A stretch of DNA of 64,000 nucleotides from an uncultured Chitinophagaceae bacterium (GCA_964409765.1 CAYPEM010000025.1:49-64048), one strand, 5' to 3'; shown: positions 27,481 through 37,304, counted from the first letter of the stretch. Notes: a model not told the origin generated them from the sequence alone. Numbers and translations are program-made.

Positions 27481-28050
27481 TTACTGTCCTTTTTTGGATT
27501 GTTCATATTTCTGAACTTCATCATCAAGTTCTTTATATGTCTGTGAAGCACGGAAACGAGTGTACATTTGTTCGTTCTTTTTGATCTGTTCACGTAATGC
27601 TTCTTGTGCAGCGCCAAGCGGATACTCGACGAGAACATAGGCGCGCCAGTTATTACCATCTTTGACGATCTTTTTTTGTTTTTCCTTGGAACCGCTTAAA
27701 CTGGTGGAAACAACTGTTTTTGAAGCTTGTGTAAATTGATCCAGCAACTGTGCATCATCACCGATTCCAGTCTCTTCTGTGAATCGTTTTTGCAGACCAT
27801 TGATCTTCAATTCAACTTGACGGCCTACCTCTGTACGAGCTGCCTGTGTAGCTTTATCAACTGCTGTTTGCATATCTTTTGAAGTTGCGGTGTTGACTGC
27901 ATGTAGATAGTTCGGATCTTCCGGTTTATTTAAATACCAATCCGGAACATCACCGGTATCAGTTTTTTGAAGTGGTTCACTGCTTCCGCCGCATCCAACC
28001 AGTACCATTGCTACAAGTGCTGCAGCAACGAATGATTTCAATATTTGCAT
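27481..28050 (-). CDS. LPP20-like lipoprotein
   Basis: 189 aa with lipobox LVGCGGS. PDWYLNKPEDPNYLHAVNTATSKDMQTAVDKATQAARTEVGRQV resembles the LPP20 lipoprotein family. Confidence 0.55.
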   Translation of the reverse strand: MQILKSFVAAALVAMVLVGCGGSSEPLQKTDTGDVPDWYLNKPEDPNYLHAVNTATSKDMQTAVDKATQAARTEVGRQVELKINGLQKRFTEETGIGDDAQLLDQFTQASKTVVSTSLSGSKEKQKKIVKDGNNWRAYVLVEYPLGAAQEALREQIKKNEQMYTRFRASQTYKELDDEVQKYEQSKKGQ

Positions 28051-28179
28051 AAAACCTCCAGATAGTGTTAAAAAGTAAAGTGAGTTACAATGTTGAATTA
28101 TGATAATAAAGATGAATTGTATGCCATTGATAACAGTGCGAATATAATTAGTTTCCGAACCAAAAGAAAGATATGGATA

Positions 28180-28941
28180 TTACCTATTTGTTATGACTTG
28201 ATTTATCTCACGTACCTGCCCTTGTTCAATTTTAAACACATTCCACACCGTACCTTCTTTCTTCCGCGGCACCTGGATCACTTTCAATAATTTACCGTCA
28301 CCATATACTTTCACCGTTGCTTTCGAATCGGACAAAGCGGTAGAATTTTTATTGTTTTGATTGGTATAATCAACAATCGAATATTCATACAATGATTTTG
28401 TTGATACCTCTTTGACCGTAATAGTCTCAGGTCCATATCCCCGCATGGCATCGATATCCAGCATTCCCGAACCGTCTGCAAGCACTTTCATATTTCGGAA
28501 AGAGATATGATATCCGCTGCTGCCGGTCTTAACGAAATGTGCATCAAGATCTCTTGGTTCTTTGTCCCAATCGACAACAATGCGTACAAATTTCATATCC
28601 AGTTTCGGAGAAATTGAAACACGATTAAAGAACAATGTGCCAGCCATAATTTCTACAGGAAACTCAGTCGCGATATATCCTTCTGCAAAAAAGCGTGCAA
28701 GGAGAATTCCATCTTCTTCGGGCGACGCGAAGAGGACTTTCCCTTCTTCATCAGTTTGCATCTCTTCCATCGTTTCGATCTGCACAACCCCGCCCACAAT
28801 CGGATTACCATTGACAGCGTTAAAAAATCTCAACGTTAAATTTCCTGTCTCCAATTCCTCAAATACATCCGAAGTCTTTGTTGAGATCTGTGCACGAAGA
28901 GAAAGTGTAAGAATAATAAGAAGTGATACTATCTTTTTCAT
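28180..28941 (-). CDS. Secreted protein: carboxypeptidase-regulatory-like N-domain plus DUF2135 (YfaP)-like C-domain
   Basis: 253 aa with a signal peptide. The block VRIVVDWDKEPRDLDAHF...LDIDAMRGYGPETITV resembles the DUF2135 signature as I remember it. Its start overlaps the prsW-like stop by 4 nt (ATGA). Confidence 0.5.
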   Translation of the reverse strand: MKKIVSLLIILTLSLRAQISTKTSDVFEELETGNLTLRFFNAVNGNPIVGGVVQIETMEEMQTDEEGKVLFASPEEDGILLARFFAEGYIATEFPVEIMAGTLFFNRVSISPKLDMKFVRIVVDWDKEPRDLDAHFVKTGSSGYHISFRNMKVLADGSGMLDIDAMRGYGPETITVKEVSTKSLYEYSIVDYTNQNNKNSTALSDSKATVKVYGDGKLLKVIQVPRKKEGTVWNVFKIEQGQVREINQVITNR

Positions 28942-29651
28942 AATTGTTCTGTCTGATTTTTCCGCAGGATAATCGAGGAATATCTAAAAGGAGAATGTTC
29001 GTTCAATATTCTCATTGCTCTGAATGAGAGAATGATGCCAAAGATTAAAGAAATAAATGCTCCCAACGCGAGCATTTGCATATTGTTCACCGATAAGAAA
29101 AAATCATATGCACCATGAAAGATTGTTGCTGTAAGAAGCCCAATCAACAAATATGATTTTGGTTGTTTTCTGAATTTAGCCAAACCGACAAAATATCCCA
29201 TCAACACACCAAATGTTGCATGCGCTGGAACTGCAGTGAATATCCGCAAGAAGGCGACGCCAATTCCGCCTTCCAGCACATAGAGAATGTTTTCAGAAGT
29301 GGCAAAGCCCATTGAGATCATCACAGCATAGACAATTCCGTCAAATGGTTCATTAAAATCCGGTTTTAGATACGCGATTTTATACAGGCAATAATATTTA
29401 CATGCCTCTTCGGTGAAACCAATGAAGAAAAAATTATTGATGGCAACATGAGCAATATTCCAATCGTCAAGAATAAAAACTTTTGCATAAATAATTTCCA
29501 CAACGGCAGCAATTGTTACAACAAGAAACCCAGCTAAAAAGGTCTGCAGGAGCAACTTCATCGGTTCTTTTTCGTAACGATCCCGAAAATAGACATAGAT
29601 AGAAATAGCGACACCGGGAGCAACAGCAAGTCCAAGGAGAGTTAGTTCCAT
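28938..29651 (-). CDS. PrsW-family intramembrane protease
   Basis: 237 aa and multi-TM. It carries the signature motifs FTEEACKYY (EExxK) and FHGAYDFF (HxxxD). Its start overlaps the upstream stop by 1 nt (TAATG). Confidence 0.75.
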   Translation of the reverse strand: MELTLLGLAVAPGVAISIYVYFRDRYEKEPMKLLLQTFLAGFLVVTIAAVVEIIYAKVFILDDWNIAHVAINNFFFIGFTEEACKYYCLYKIAYLKPDFNEPFDGIVYAVMISMGFATSENILYVLEGGIGVAFLRIFTAVPAHATFGVLMGYFVGLAKFRKQPKSYLLIGLLTATIFHGAYDFFLSVNNMQMLALGAFISLIFGIILSFRAMRILNEHSPFRYSSIILRKNQTEQL

Positions 29652-30994
29652 TATTTTTTGATCTGTTCTAAGATTTTTGGGATCACAGTTTTCTGAAGAC
29701 TGACACCGATCTCATCATATGCCTTCATTCCTGCTTTGTCATAATTGATGCTTATACCTTTGACGTTATTGAACGATGTTTTATACACTTCTTCGCCGGA
29801 CGTGAGATCGATAACTGAAATATTTGCATCAACATACACAGTATACATTCCGCTGTATTCACCTCCGTCACGACCGTTCGATTTCACAGAGATCATGATA
29901 TTCGCTTTTGCAGCATCGTCAACGAAAGAGAATCCCTGTGATGACAGTGTGTTCTTCAACATCGGTTCTATACGGGGAATTACCAATTTTGTTCCCATCA
30001 ACATCTCGTCTGTTTCAAACACGATCGACAAAGAAACTACATTCATTGTGAAACGAGTCGAAGGAAGCGTTAATCCTTTCACCAGCATTTCCAGCACAAT
30101 TGATGGGTTTTGACCTAATAATGTTATCGGATCCGCTTCAGCTTTTATCAATTGTAATTTATCTGTTGCAATAATTTTTGTGACTTGAGTTGCTGCAATA
30201 CCATTTTTATCTGTTCGTGATGAAGTGACAAGATCACCCGACCCGCGGATGAATGAATATTTCACCGGAAAATTCTGAATGGGAACTTCGGTGGCAGTAT
30301 TGTTGACAATTACTTCGAGCGGCTGACGCAGCGGTTTCCCAACTTGAGCATCCACCTTTCCGTTCTTTGCTTTCAGTTCAATCTGATTGAGGATCGACTG
30401 AAGTGATGCAAATATTTCATTTCCCAGGAATATCTTTCCTGTTCCAAATTGAACTTCCAGTGTTTCCCCGAGGAACTTTTCAACAGCAGCTAATGCCTGA
30501 ATATATCCTTGAAGCGCATCTCCCATATTGTTCGCTTTTTCAAAATTTTTAGCTTTTGTATAGAAATCTAGAGAGAGTGCTGTTGCTTTACGAAGTTTCT
30601 CCGCTTGCCGTTTTTTATATTCTGCAATATCCAGACGATAATACACCCAGTAGTGATCCTCCCCATCCCATGTATCAACCGCTTCTACCCCCTCAAGATC
30701 TGCTTTGGTTGAAGTTTGCACAGCGGACTGATACTCTTCTTTGAACTCATCTAATTTTTCAGAAAGTTTGCTGATCTGCGACGCATCGATCGATACTGCG
30801 ATCTGTTGAGCAATGTCATTCAACGCTCCATCTTTTGCACGCTGCAAATATTCCTGCGGCAATCCGGATTTTGGAACAACACCGATTCCGTGGTAATATC
30901 CTGCAGTGTTCGGGCGTTTTTCAACCCAAGTGGGCTTTTTACCTTGCGCAAAAATCAGTGATAAAAGAAATACAAAAAAGATGGATTTTTTCAT
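29651..30994 (-). CDS. Large LPP20-domain protein (secreted, possibly a lipoprotein)
   Basis: 447 aa with a signal peptide. The N-terminus KKPTWVEKRPNTAGYYHGIGVVPKSG...RAKDGALNDIAQQIAVSI is LPP20-like. I do not recognise the C-terminal two thirds. Confidence 0.55.
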   Translation of the reverse strand: MKKSIFFVFLLSLIFAQGKKPTWVEKRPNTAGYYHGIGVVPKSGLPQEYLQRAKDGALNDIAQQIAVSIDASQISKLSEKLDEFKEEYQSAVQTSTKADLEGVEAVDTWDGEDHYWVYYRLDIAEYKKRQAEKLRKATALSLDFYTKAKNFEKANNMGDALQGYIQALAAVEKFLGETLEVQFGTGKIFLGNEIFASLQSILNQIELKAKNGKVDAQVGKPLRQPLEVIVNNTATEVPIQNFPVKYSFIRGSGDLVTSSRTDKNGIAATQVTKIIATDKLQLIKAEADPITLLGQNPSIVLEMLVKGLTLPSTRFTMNVVSLSIVFETDEMLMGTKLVIPRIEPMLKNTLSSQGFSFVDDAAKANIMISVKSNGRDGGEYSGMYTVYVDANISVIDLTSGEEVYKTSFNNVKGISINYDKAGMKAYDEIGVSLQKTVIPKILEQIKK

Positions 30995-31013
30995 AGAGGT
31001 ATGGAAAGAAGAT

Positions 31014-31059
31014 GAAAAAAAGGTTCAACCGTAACGAAAGATAAGTTGAACCTTTTTCA
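31014..31059 (-). terminator. Intrinsic terminator (A-run / 9-bp stem AGGTTCAAC..GTTGAACCT / T-run), usable in both directions
   Basis: Read directly from the sequence: aaaaaaaAGGTTCAACcgtaacgaaagataaGTTGAACCTtttt. It lies just downstream of the MltC-like gene. Confidence 0.55.
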
Positions 31060-31103
31060 TTAGCAATGGGAAATTCAGCTTGCTAAATTTTTATATGCTT
31101 TAC

Positions 31104-32309
31104 TTATTTGCTCCATTCGTCATAAATTCCCATTCGTTCACTCACTTTTGCAACATACGTTCTGGTCTCTTCGTAAGGCAGGTTCTTTTTCAAATGTTCG
31201 AATACTTGATCTGACGTCATAGCGTTGATTAGAGGCACCGCCTGATTAACGTTTCGTTTTCCGCTGAATGCTTTTGCAACATTACCAGGACCGGTATTAT
31301 ACGCTGATATGGCACAATAGATTTTACTTTTTGGATCTCTCACTCCGCGAAATTCCACTGTCAGTAGTTTTGTTAAATAGGCAGTTCCCAGTTCAATATT
31401 ATTATCTGGTATGAAAAGGTACTCTCCGGTGACAAGGGAATCCTTTTTATGAGCAAAGAAAAATGCATCACGCGCACCGGATTTTGGAACAAGCTGCATT
31501 AAACCAAACGCCGGCACAGGAGATTTTGCTTTCGGGTTGAAATAACTTTCTGTATGCATGATTGCAAAAACAAGAGTGATATCTATTCCAAATCTCTCCG
31601 ATTCTTTTTTTACTTGATCTCGAAAATCCGTCGCTCGTTTTTTCACATGATTTGGAACAAGCGGAATCTGAACTCCGACGACAACCCGTTTGATCCCGTC
31701 TTTTCCTGTTACAACTTCTTGTGTTACCTGTGCAGGTTGGATTGCTTGTTCTGCATACAATCTCGCAGTTTTCTCATTTACCAGTTTCCCATCTTTTGTC
31801 TGAATTTGTTCAGTAAGGATCGGCTTTTTCTCAGGCGGAATAGCATTCTTCTTTTCTAATGGATCTGCACCTCCTTTTAGAGTAATTAACTGAGCAACTT
31901 GTTCTTTCAATTTCTCTTCGATCAGTTTTGGATTTTTTGCATCAACTACCGAAACCAATAATTCAACTTTTGCTGTCCCCTCTTCAAAATTGACAGAATT
32001 CCGCGAACCATAATTTGGATCGTACGAAACATATTCTTTTGTGGAACTGGTGACAACATTGTTCGTTCCCCATTTCTTTTCGATCTGACCGGTATACTCT
32101 TTGAATAACCGTTCCTGCTCAGCTGCATAATCATCAAATTGTTTCGTCACTTCCGCTTTGTATTGCTGAAATGAATCCTCTTCTTTTTGAACACCCTGCT
32201 CTTGTTCCTTCTTGAATTTTTCAAGTTCCTGCTCTTCAGATTGGCTTTGAGCACTTATGAAGACGATACAAAAACAAACAGCCATCGTTGTTGTGACAAT
32301 ATGTTTCAT
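31104..32309 (-). CDS. Lytic murein transglycosylase, MltC-like (SLT domain)
   Basis: SLT catalytic block AIMHTESYFNPKAKSPVPAFGLMQLVP and AYNTGPGNV. I trimmed the start to ATG 32309 (MKHIVTTTMAVCFCIVFISAQ, a signal peptide). Confidence 0.75.
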   Translation of the reverse strand: MKHIVTTTMAVCFCIVFISAQSQSEEQELEKFKKEQEQGVQKEEDSFQQYKAEVTKQFDDYAAEQERLFKEYTGQIEKKWGTNNVVTSSTKEYVSYDPNYGSRNSVNFEEGTAKVELLVSVVDAKNPKLIEEKLKEQVAQLITLKGGADPLEKKNAIPPEKKPILTEQIQTKDGKLVNEKTARLYAEQAIQPAQVTQEVVTGKDGIKRVVVGVQIPLVPNHVKKRATDFRDQVKKESERFGIDITLVFAIMHTESYFNPKAKSPVPAFGLMQLVPKSGARDAFFFAHKKDSLVTGEYLFIPDNNIELGTAYLTKLLTVEFRGVRDPKSKIYCAISAYNTGPGNVAKAFSGKRNVNQAVPLINAMTSDQVFEHLKKNLPYEETRTYVAKVSERMGIYDEWSK

Positions 32310-32521
32310 AGAAGTTATTTTTCCTTTGTGTGTTTTACGTGGGATACCAGTAGAGTTGTTCTGGAAGGGATATTTGACTGAATGATTAACCAAAACATAT
32401 TTAATTACAAAGGGTATGCCAACATCTGATTATTAAATTATTTTACTGATATCGCTATATCGTTCATTGTCTGTCGTTGATTAGAGACTATCTGATAAAT
32501 TTCTTTGTCGCTTTTTAACAA

Positions 32522-33739
32522 CTATCTGCGAATTTGACTTGTATAACGATTGAAACGTTCTGAATACTGTTTATCACTTCGTGAACGGTAACCTTCATCC
32601 CGAATATTTTGCTGGACTTTCAACAAGCGATCGTTGAAATCATCTTTTTTCATATAGTTATCATCAAAAATATCATGAGCATTAGAAGATGGTTCTAGAA
32701 TTCTTTGAAGAATGGTTGCCATAGCAGTTGGATCATACCCGGCACGGTAAAGATATTTCATTGCAATTCGATCTGCATCGATTTCATACGTGAGAAGCCT
32801 GGGAGCGATCAGATTTTGATACACGTTGTCTGCATATTCTTCCAATTCCTTTTCTTCATCTCCCATTGGTCCGGTATCCTCTTCAAGCTCAGCAAATGCT
32901 TGTTCAGCTTTGATCTTTGCTTCGCTTTTCTTTAATTCTTTTACTCCGTGTCGTTGAATAACGTGGACCATTTCATGCGCAATAACCCCTGCGAGTTCAG
33001 CTTCATTCGAGCATGTCCGTAACATTCCTTTCGTGATAAATATATAACCTCCCGGAACTGCAAATGCAGAAGCACGATCGTCATTCAAAATATAGAAACG
33101 AAATCCGAGATCGTACGCTTTTGTATATTTAGCAAGATAGTTCCCGATCATATTGATATAGAGTGTTGCCGTTTTATCATTGACAATTCCTTTCTGTGAT
33201 GCAATTTTTTGAGCGATCCCGAGTCCAATCCCCTCTTCGTGAAATTGAAGATCGAACGGCTTTTCAATGTTCATATATCCTCGGAATGGTTCAATGGTAA
33301 AACTATGCTCGAACTGATCCATATCTTTCTCCGTCACAACTGGAGGTGAATATTTACTGATATCGTTCTCCGTAGTCTCGCCCCCCTCTACATATTTTTT
33401 CCCAAACCCTTTCACAGCAGCAGCAAGTTCGGCACGAGAAGCACGCGTGGATGTTTTTCCTTTAGCAATACTTTCATCACGAGATTTATTTCCTCTCGCA
33501 ACTGCAAAACTGTTTTCTGAAAGCCAGCCAATATCATTTTGTTCGGTCTTTACCTTCAACCAGCTTCCTTTTTGCTCAACTTTGCTCACATCAACTGACG
33601 CCGACAATGCTGCGATTATTTGGAAATATGATGCCGGACCTTCACGGAGATAATTTGTCGGCTGAGTGGTGCGTAATTTCTGCGCGTTGCTTTCCATGAC
33701 GATCAGAAGAGGAATAAATAATACTAACATTCGTTTCAT
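32522..33739 (-). CDS. M48-family zinc metalloprotease with an N-terminal SH3b-like domain
   Basis: HEMVHVIQRH (HExxH). The N-terminus YLREGPASYFQIIAAL...GSWLKVKTEQNDIGWL is SH3-like. I chose the start at ATG 33739 because a GGAG Shine-Dalgarno site sits 6 nt upstream. Confidence 0.75.
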   Translation of the reverse strand: MKRMLVLFIPLLIVMESNAQKLRTTQPTNYLREGPASYFQIIAALSASVDVSKVEQKGSWLKVKTEQNDIGWLSENSFAVARGNKSRDESIAKGKTSTRASRAELAAAVKGFGKKYVEGGETTENDISKYSPPVVTEKDMDQFEHSFTIEPFRGYMNIEKPFDLQFHEEGIGLGIAQKIASQKGIVNDKTATLYINMIGNYLAKYTKAYDLGFRFYILNDDRASAFAVPGGYIFITKGMLRTCSNEAELAGVIAHEMVHVIQRHGVKELKKSEAKIKAEQAFAELEEDTGPMGDEEKELEEYADNVYQNLIAPRLLTYEIDADRIAMKYLYRAGYDPTAMATILQRILEPSSNAHDIFDDNYMKKDDFNDRLLKVQQNIRDEGYRSRSDKQYSERFNRYTSQIRR

Positions 33740-33781
33740 AAATATCTCCATAAAATAATTTTCTATTTATCAGCCACTAAA

Positions 33782-33823
33782 GCACTAAAACACAAAATAT
33801 TTGTGATTTGGTGTTTTAGCGGC
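33782..33823 (-). terminator. Candidate terminator hairpin downstream of the cyclase gene
   Basis: A 9-bp stem (CTAAAACAC / GTGTTTTAG) with a 17-nt loop that itself contains the palindrome CACAAAatatTTTGTG. The U-tract is weak. Confidence 0.35.
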
Positions 33824-33849
33824 AAATAATTCCTTCATACTTAAGCAAA

Positions 33850-35997
33850 TTACTTTGACGTCATCACATACACTCCATCCCAGTTCTTGGGTGGAGGATT
33901 TTTCCGGCATTCTTCACATCGTTCAATGTACATTTCCGATGCATAATCGTCGGATTTTAAATTCAACACTGTCCTAAATATCGAAATAGCATCGTTCCAT
34001 TGCTGATCTCTATAAAGCATCAAACCTGATTCAAACGTTTGAACCATTTTCAACAATTGCTCCGTTATTTCTTCTTTTTTACAGACAACTTCATAGATCT
34101 TGATCGGAAGATTCTTTCCTTTCACACGCATGATATCCATTTCGCGCAATAGAAATTCATCTCGCACTTGATCGTTTGCAGTTGCTTCACTGATCATCAA
34201 TGATGTTCCATAATACTTGTTCACTCCTTCAAGTCGTGAAGCAAGATTTACTGTATCTCCTATAACAGTATATTCTTTTTTAGATCGGCCGCCGATATAT
34301 CCTACGACCATATTGCCGGTATTGATGCCGATCCTTGTCGAAAAGACCGGTTCGCCTTTTGATCGAGCTTCAAGGGTCATCTCCTGAACAACTTTGGAAA
34401 ACTCATATGCCGCCCGCGTAGCAAGCAGGCGATGATTCGGATTCTTCAGAGGAATACCAAATTGCACCATTACTGCATCGCCGATGAATTTATCGATCGT
34501 TCCATCGTGCTTAAAGAAAATATCATTCGCCGTTGAAAAATAATTGTTCAGAAATTCAACCAGTTCCTTCGGTTTTTTTGATTCAGAAATTGTGGTGAAG
34601 CCTTCGATATCGGAGAACATAATGGACGCTTCAACTTCCTCTCCGGCAAGTTCTACCTTTTCAGGATCGGAACTTAACTGCTTTACAACATACGGATTGA
34701 CAAACTGCCCGAAGATCTTTTGGATCTGTCGTTTATTTCTTCCTTCTGTTGCAAAATTCCATCCGATTGAAATAACGTACGTCAACAGCATTGAAAATAC
34801 CGGAAAGACAATTTGAACTCTCACTAATTCACGAACAAATAATTGTGATGAGATGAGGAGGAAAACAAAAATTACGGCAGTCAATCCGAATGTGCTGACA
34901 ATGATGTTCTCGTTATAATTGGAGATATATGAAATAAATATTGCCAGCAATACTGCAATAAGCAAAATCCACCATTGTGAAATCTCTTTAATGAAATCCT
35001 GATTAAGAAAATTGCTCATAGCTGTTGCATGGATCTCAACACCGGGATAGGGTTCAAGATAGGTGAACGGAGTATTCTTCAGATCGAATAGGCTTGGCGC
35101 ATTCGATCCGATAAAAATGATTTTATCTTTGAATGTCTCTGAAGGAAAATCCGGTTCGATATTCTGTTGTTCTTTTATTGCTGAAGAGATGACCGAATGA
35201 ATTGAGTAATACGGAAAAACGCCATCCGGACCCCCTTTGCCATACCAATAGATCAAATATGGTGATTTGATTTTTTCATCAATAGAATGCTCCCCATCAA
35301 AAAGATCTTTGTACACTAAATATGATAGCGCAAAAAGATTCTTCCCTTGGTAAGAATATTGCAGCGCAATTCGACGACAGACTCCGTCATCATCCTGTGC
35401 AAAGTTCACTACTCCGATGCTTTTTGCTGCTTCCTGAAATTGTATCAATGGAGAGTACGATTTATCAAAAATAAAACGTTGAGTTTGTTTTACGGTGGAT
35501 TGAATCGAAGAGAACTTTATTAAAGCATCTCCCGGTTGGTCTTCTTCTTCTTGTTTCACAAGAATCGTCGCAAGATAAACATTCCCTGCTGACTTAATTG
35601 AATCGGCAAAACTTCTGTCATTCTCAGTCCCAACTGAATTTGCTCTATCCTGATCCGGTTCTGAAAATTGAAAATCGTAAATGATCGCTTTTGCACCGGA
35701 ACGAGCCAGGTAACCGGTCGTTAACGCATAAAAATCTCTGGGCCATGGCCAGCTTGCTTTAATATCACTTCTTTTAAAGAATTGAAGACTATTCTGATCA
35801 ATGGTAATGATTACGATATTGGAATCCGGCAAACGGGTGTTCTGAGCCAGCCGAAATTGAATATCAAGTGCATTCAATTCAACCGATTTCCCAAGCGATG
35901 ATAACGAAACAAGATATGCCACAACTAATCCTACAAAAGCTGAGACAGCGAATCGGAATGGTTTTGCAAACAGGAGTTTTTTCAATGATGAGGGCAT
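33850..35997 (-). CDS. CHASE2-sensor class III adenylate cyclase
   Basis: 715 aa. It has an N-terminal TM helix, an extracytoplasmic CHASE2-like region, three TM helices and a cyclase domain (IMFSDIEGFT, DKFIGDAVMVQFG, GDTVNLASRLE). A TPR-like tail follows. Confidence 0.85.
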   Translation of the reverse strand: MPSSLKKLLFAKPFRFAVSAFVGLVVAYLVSLSSLGKSVELNALDIQFRLAQNTRLPDSNIVIITIDQNSLQFFKRSDIKASWPWPRDFYALTTGYLARSGAKAIIYDFQFSEPDQDRANSVGTENDRSFADSIKSAGNVYLATILVKQEEEDQPGDALIKFSSIQSTVKQTQRFIFDKSYSPLIQFQEAAKSIGVVNFAQDDDGVCRRIALQYSYQGKNLFALSYLVYKDLFDGEHSIDEKIKSPYLIYWYGKGGPDGVFPYYSIHSVISSAIKEQQNIEPDFPSETFKDKIIFIGSNAPSLFDLKNTPFTYLEPYPGVEIHATAMSNFLNQDFIKEISQWWILLIAVLLAIFISYISNYNENIIVSTFGLTAVIFVFLLISSQLFVRELVRVQIVFPVFSMLLTYVISIGWNFATEGRNKRQIQKIFGQFVNPYVVKQLSSDPEKVELAGEEVEASIMFSDIEGFTTISESKKPKELVEFLNNYFSTANDIFFKHDGTIDKFIGDAVMVQFGIPLKNPNHRLLATRAAYEFSKVVQEMTLEARSKGEPVFSTRIGINTGNMVVGYIGGRSKKEYTVIGDTVNLASRLEGVNKYYGTSLMISEATANDQVRDEFLLREMDIMRVKGKNLPIKIYEVVCKKEEITEQLLKMVQTFESGLMLYRDQQWNDAISIFRTVLNLKSDDYASEMYIERCEECRKNPPPKNWDGVYVMTSK

Positions 35998-36194
35998 ACG
36001 AAACTATGAATGTATAGGAAGAAAAACGTCAATTTTGGCATGAAATTCAATGGGAATTTTTGTTTTCCAAATTTCTGTGGCATAAACCACATGCTGCTTT
36101 TTATTATCGTAATTGAATTGGAACATTACAATTCATCGAGCGTCTAACTTTTCAAAAAGACCCCGAATTATTTACATCCATCACAGGAGGCGTT

Positions 36195-37109
36195 ATGAAA
36201 TCACGGTTAATAGTTGTTGCATTATTACTTATTGCCAGCGCATTAAGTTATGCTGAGAATGGCGACAAACAAATGCGGATGAAATCCAAAAAACAAGGAT
36301 GGCTCGGAGTCGGCATTCAGGATGTTACTCCAAAATTTGCAAGAGAAAACGATTTGAAAATAAAAGAAGGAGCATATATCAACGAAATTGTTGAAGACAG
36401 TCCCGCTGACTCTGCAGGATTAAAAAAAGGTGACGTTGTTGTCGATTTCAACGGAAAAAAGATCGAAGCATCAGAGGACCTTACCAATGCGGTCCGAGAA
36501 ACAAAACCGGGGACAAAAGCATCAGTAAAGATCAACCGTAACGGTGAGAATAAAACCATTACCGTGAATATCGGCAAGAATAAGATGCGAATGCCATTTG
36601 CAGTTGCCGCTCCTCACGCACCTCAGGTAGTTGTTAATATGTTCGGCGGTGATATTGAAGGAATGGAACTTATGGACCTGAACAAGCAACTTGCTGAATA
36701 TCTTGAAGTGCCGAACTCAAAAGGAGTCCTCGTTAAAGAAGTTGAAAAAGAAGAAAATGCAGCAGTTGCCGGAATAAAAGCTGGTGATGTAATTATTAAA
36801 GTGGGTGATGAAACCATTAAAGATATTGGGGATATTCGTGATGCAATTGCGGATTTGGAAGAAGGAGACAAAGTGAATGTCGATCTTATTCGTAAGGGGA
36901 AAAAAACAACGGTTTCTCTAGAAATATCTGAGAATGAATATGGTGATAATATCTTTTGGCGAGGAGAATCACCGGAGCATTTCAATTTTCATTTTGAGCC
37001 GCAGATGGATATGATACACAAAGAACTTCAGCAAAAAATGAAAGAACTTCCGCGAAAACAGATTGAACTTCGCAGACTTCAATCTAAATTACACAGTTCT
37101 GAAGTATAA
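36195..37109 (+). CDS. Secreted tandem-PDZ protein (HtrA-like PDZ1-PDZ2 without a protease domain)
   Basis: 304 aa with a signal peptide and AGGAGG Shine-Dalgarno site. There are two PDZ blocks (GWLGVGIQDV...SPADSAGLKKGDVVVDFNGKKI and GVLVKEV...AAVAGIKAGDVIIKVGDETI). No His-Asp-Ser protease motifs are present. Confidence 0.75.
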   Translation: MKSRLIVVALLLIASALSYAENGDKQMRMKSKKQGWLGVGIQDVTPKFARENDLKIKEGAYINEIVEDSPADSAGLKKGDVVVDFNGKKIEASEDLTNAVRETKPGTKASVKINRNGENKTITVNIGKNKMRMPFAVAAPHAPQVVVNMFGGDIEGMELMDLNKQLAEYLEVPNSKGVLVKEVEKEENAAVAGIKAGDVIIKVGDETIKDIGDIRDAIADLEEGDKVNVDLIRKGKKTTVSLEISENEYGDNIFWRGESPEHFNFHFEPQMDMIHKELQQKMKELPRKQIELRRLQSKLHSSEV

Positions 37110-37137
37110 ACAATTGTTGGTGGGGTGAAGTTGGGTG

Positions 37138-37160
37138 AACGGCGGCGATGAGCCGCCGTT
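37138..37160 (+). terminator. GC-rich hairpin (9-bp perfect stem AACGGCGGC/GCCGCCGTT, 5-nt loop) after the PDZ gene
   Basis: Read directly from the sequence, 29 nt after the stop codon. The trailing T-tract is short. Confidence 0.5.
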
Positions 37161-37304
37161 TGTAGCTTAAAGATTTCTTCATCATTTTGACTTTACTTAC
37201 TTAAATTTATCAGTAAAATGAAAGGCATAATTCTCTCATTTCATTGACACAAAGTTTATTTTATTGCTTACCACTATGGACATTAAGAACAAGATAATAG
37301 TTCT

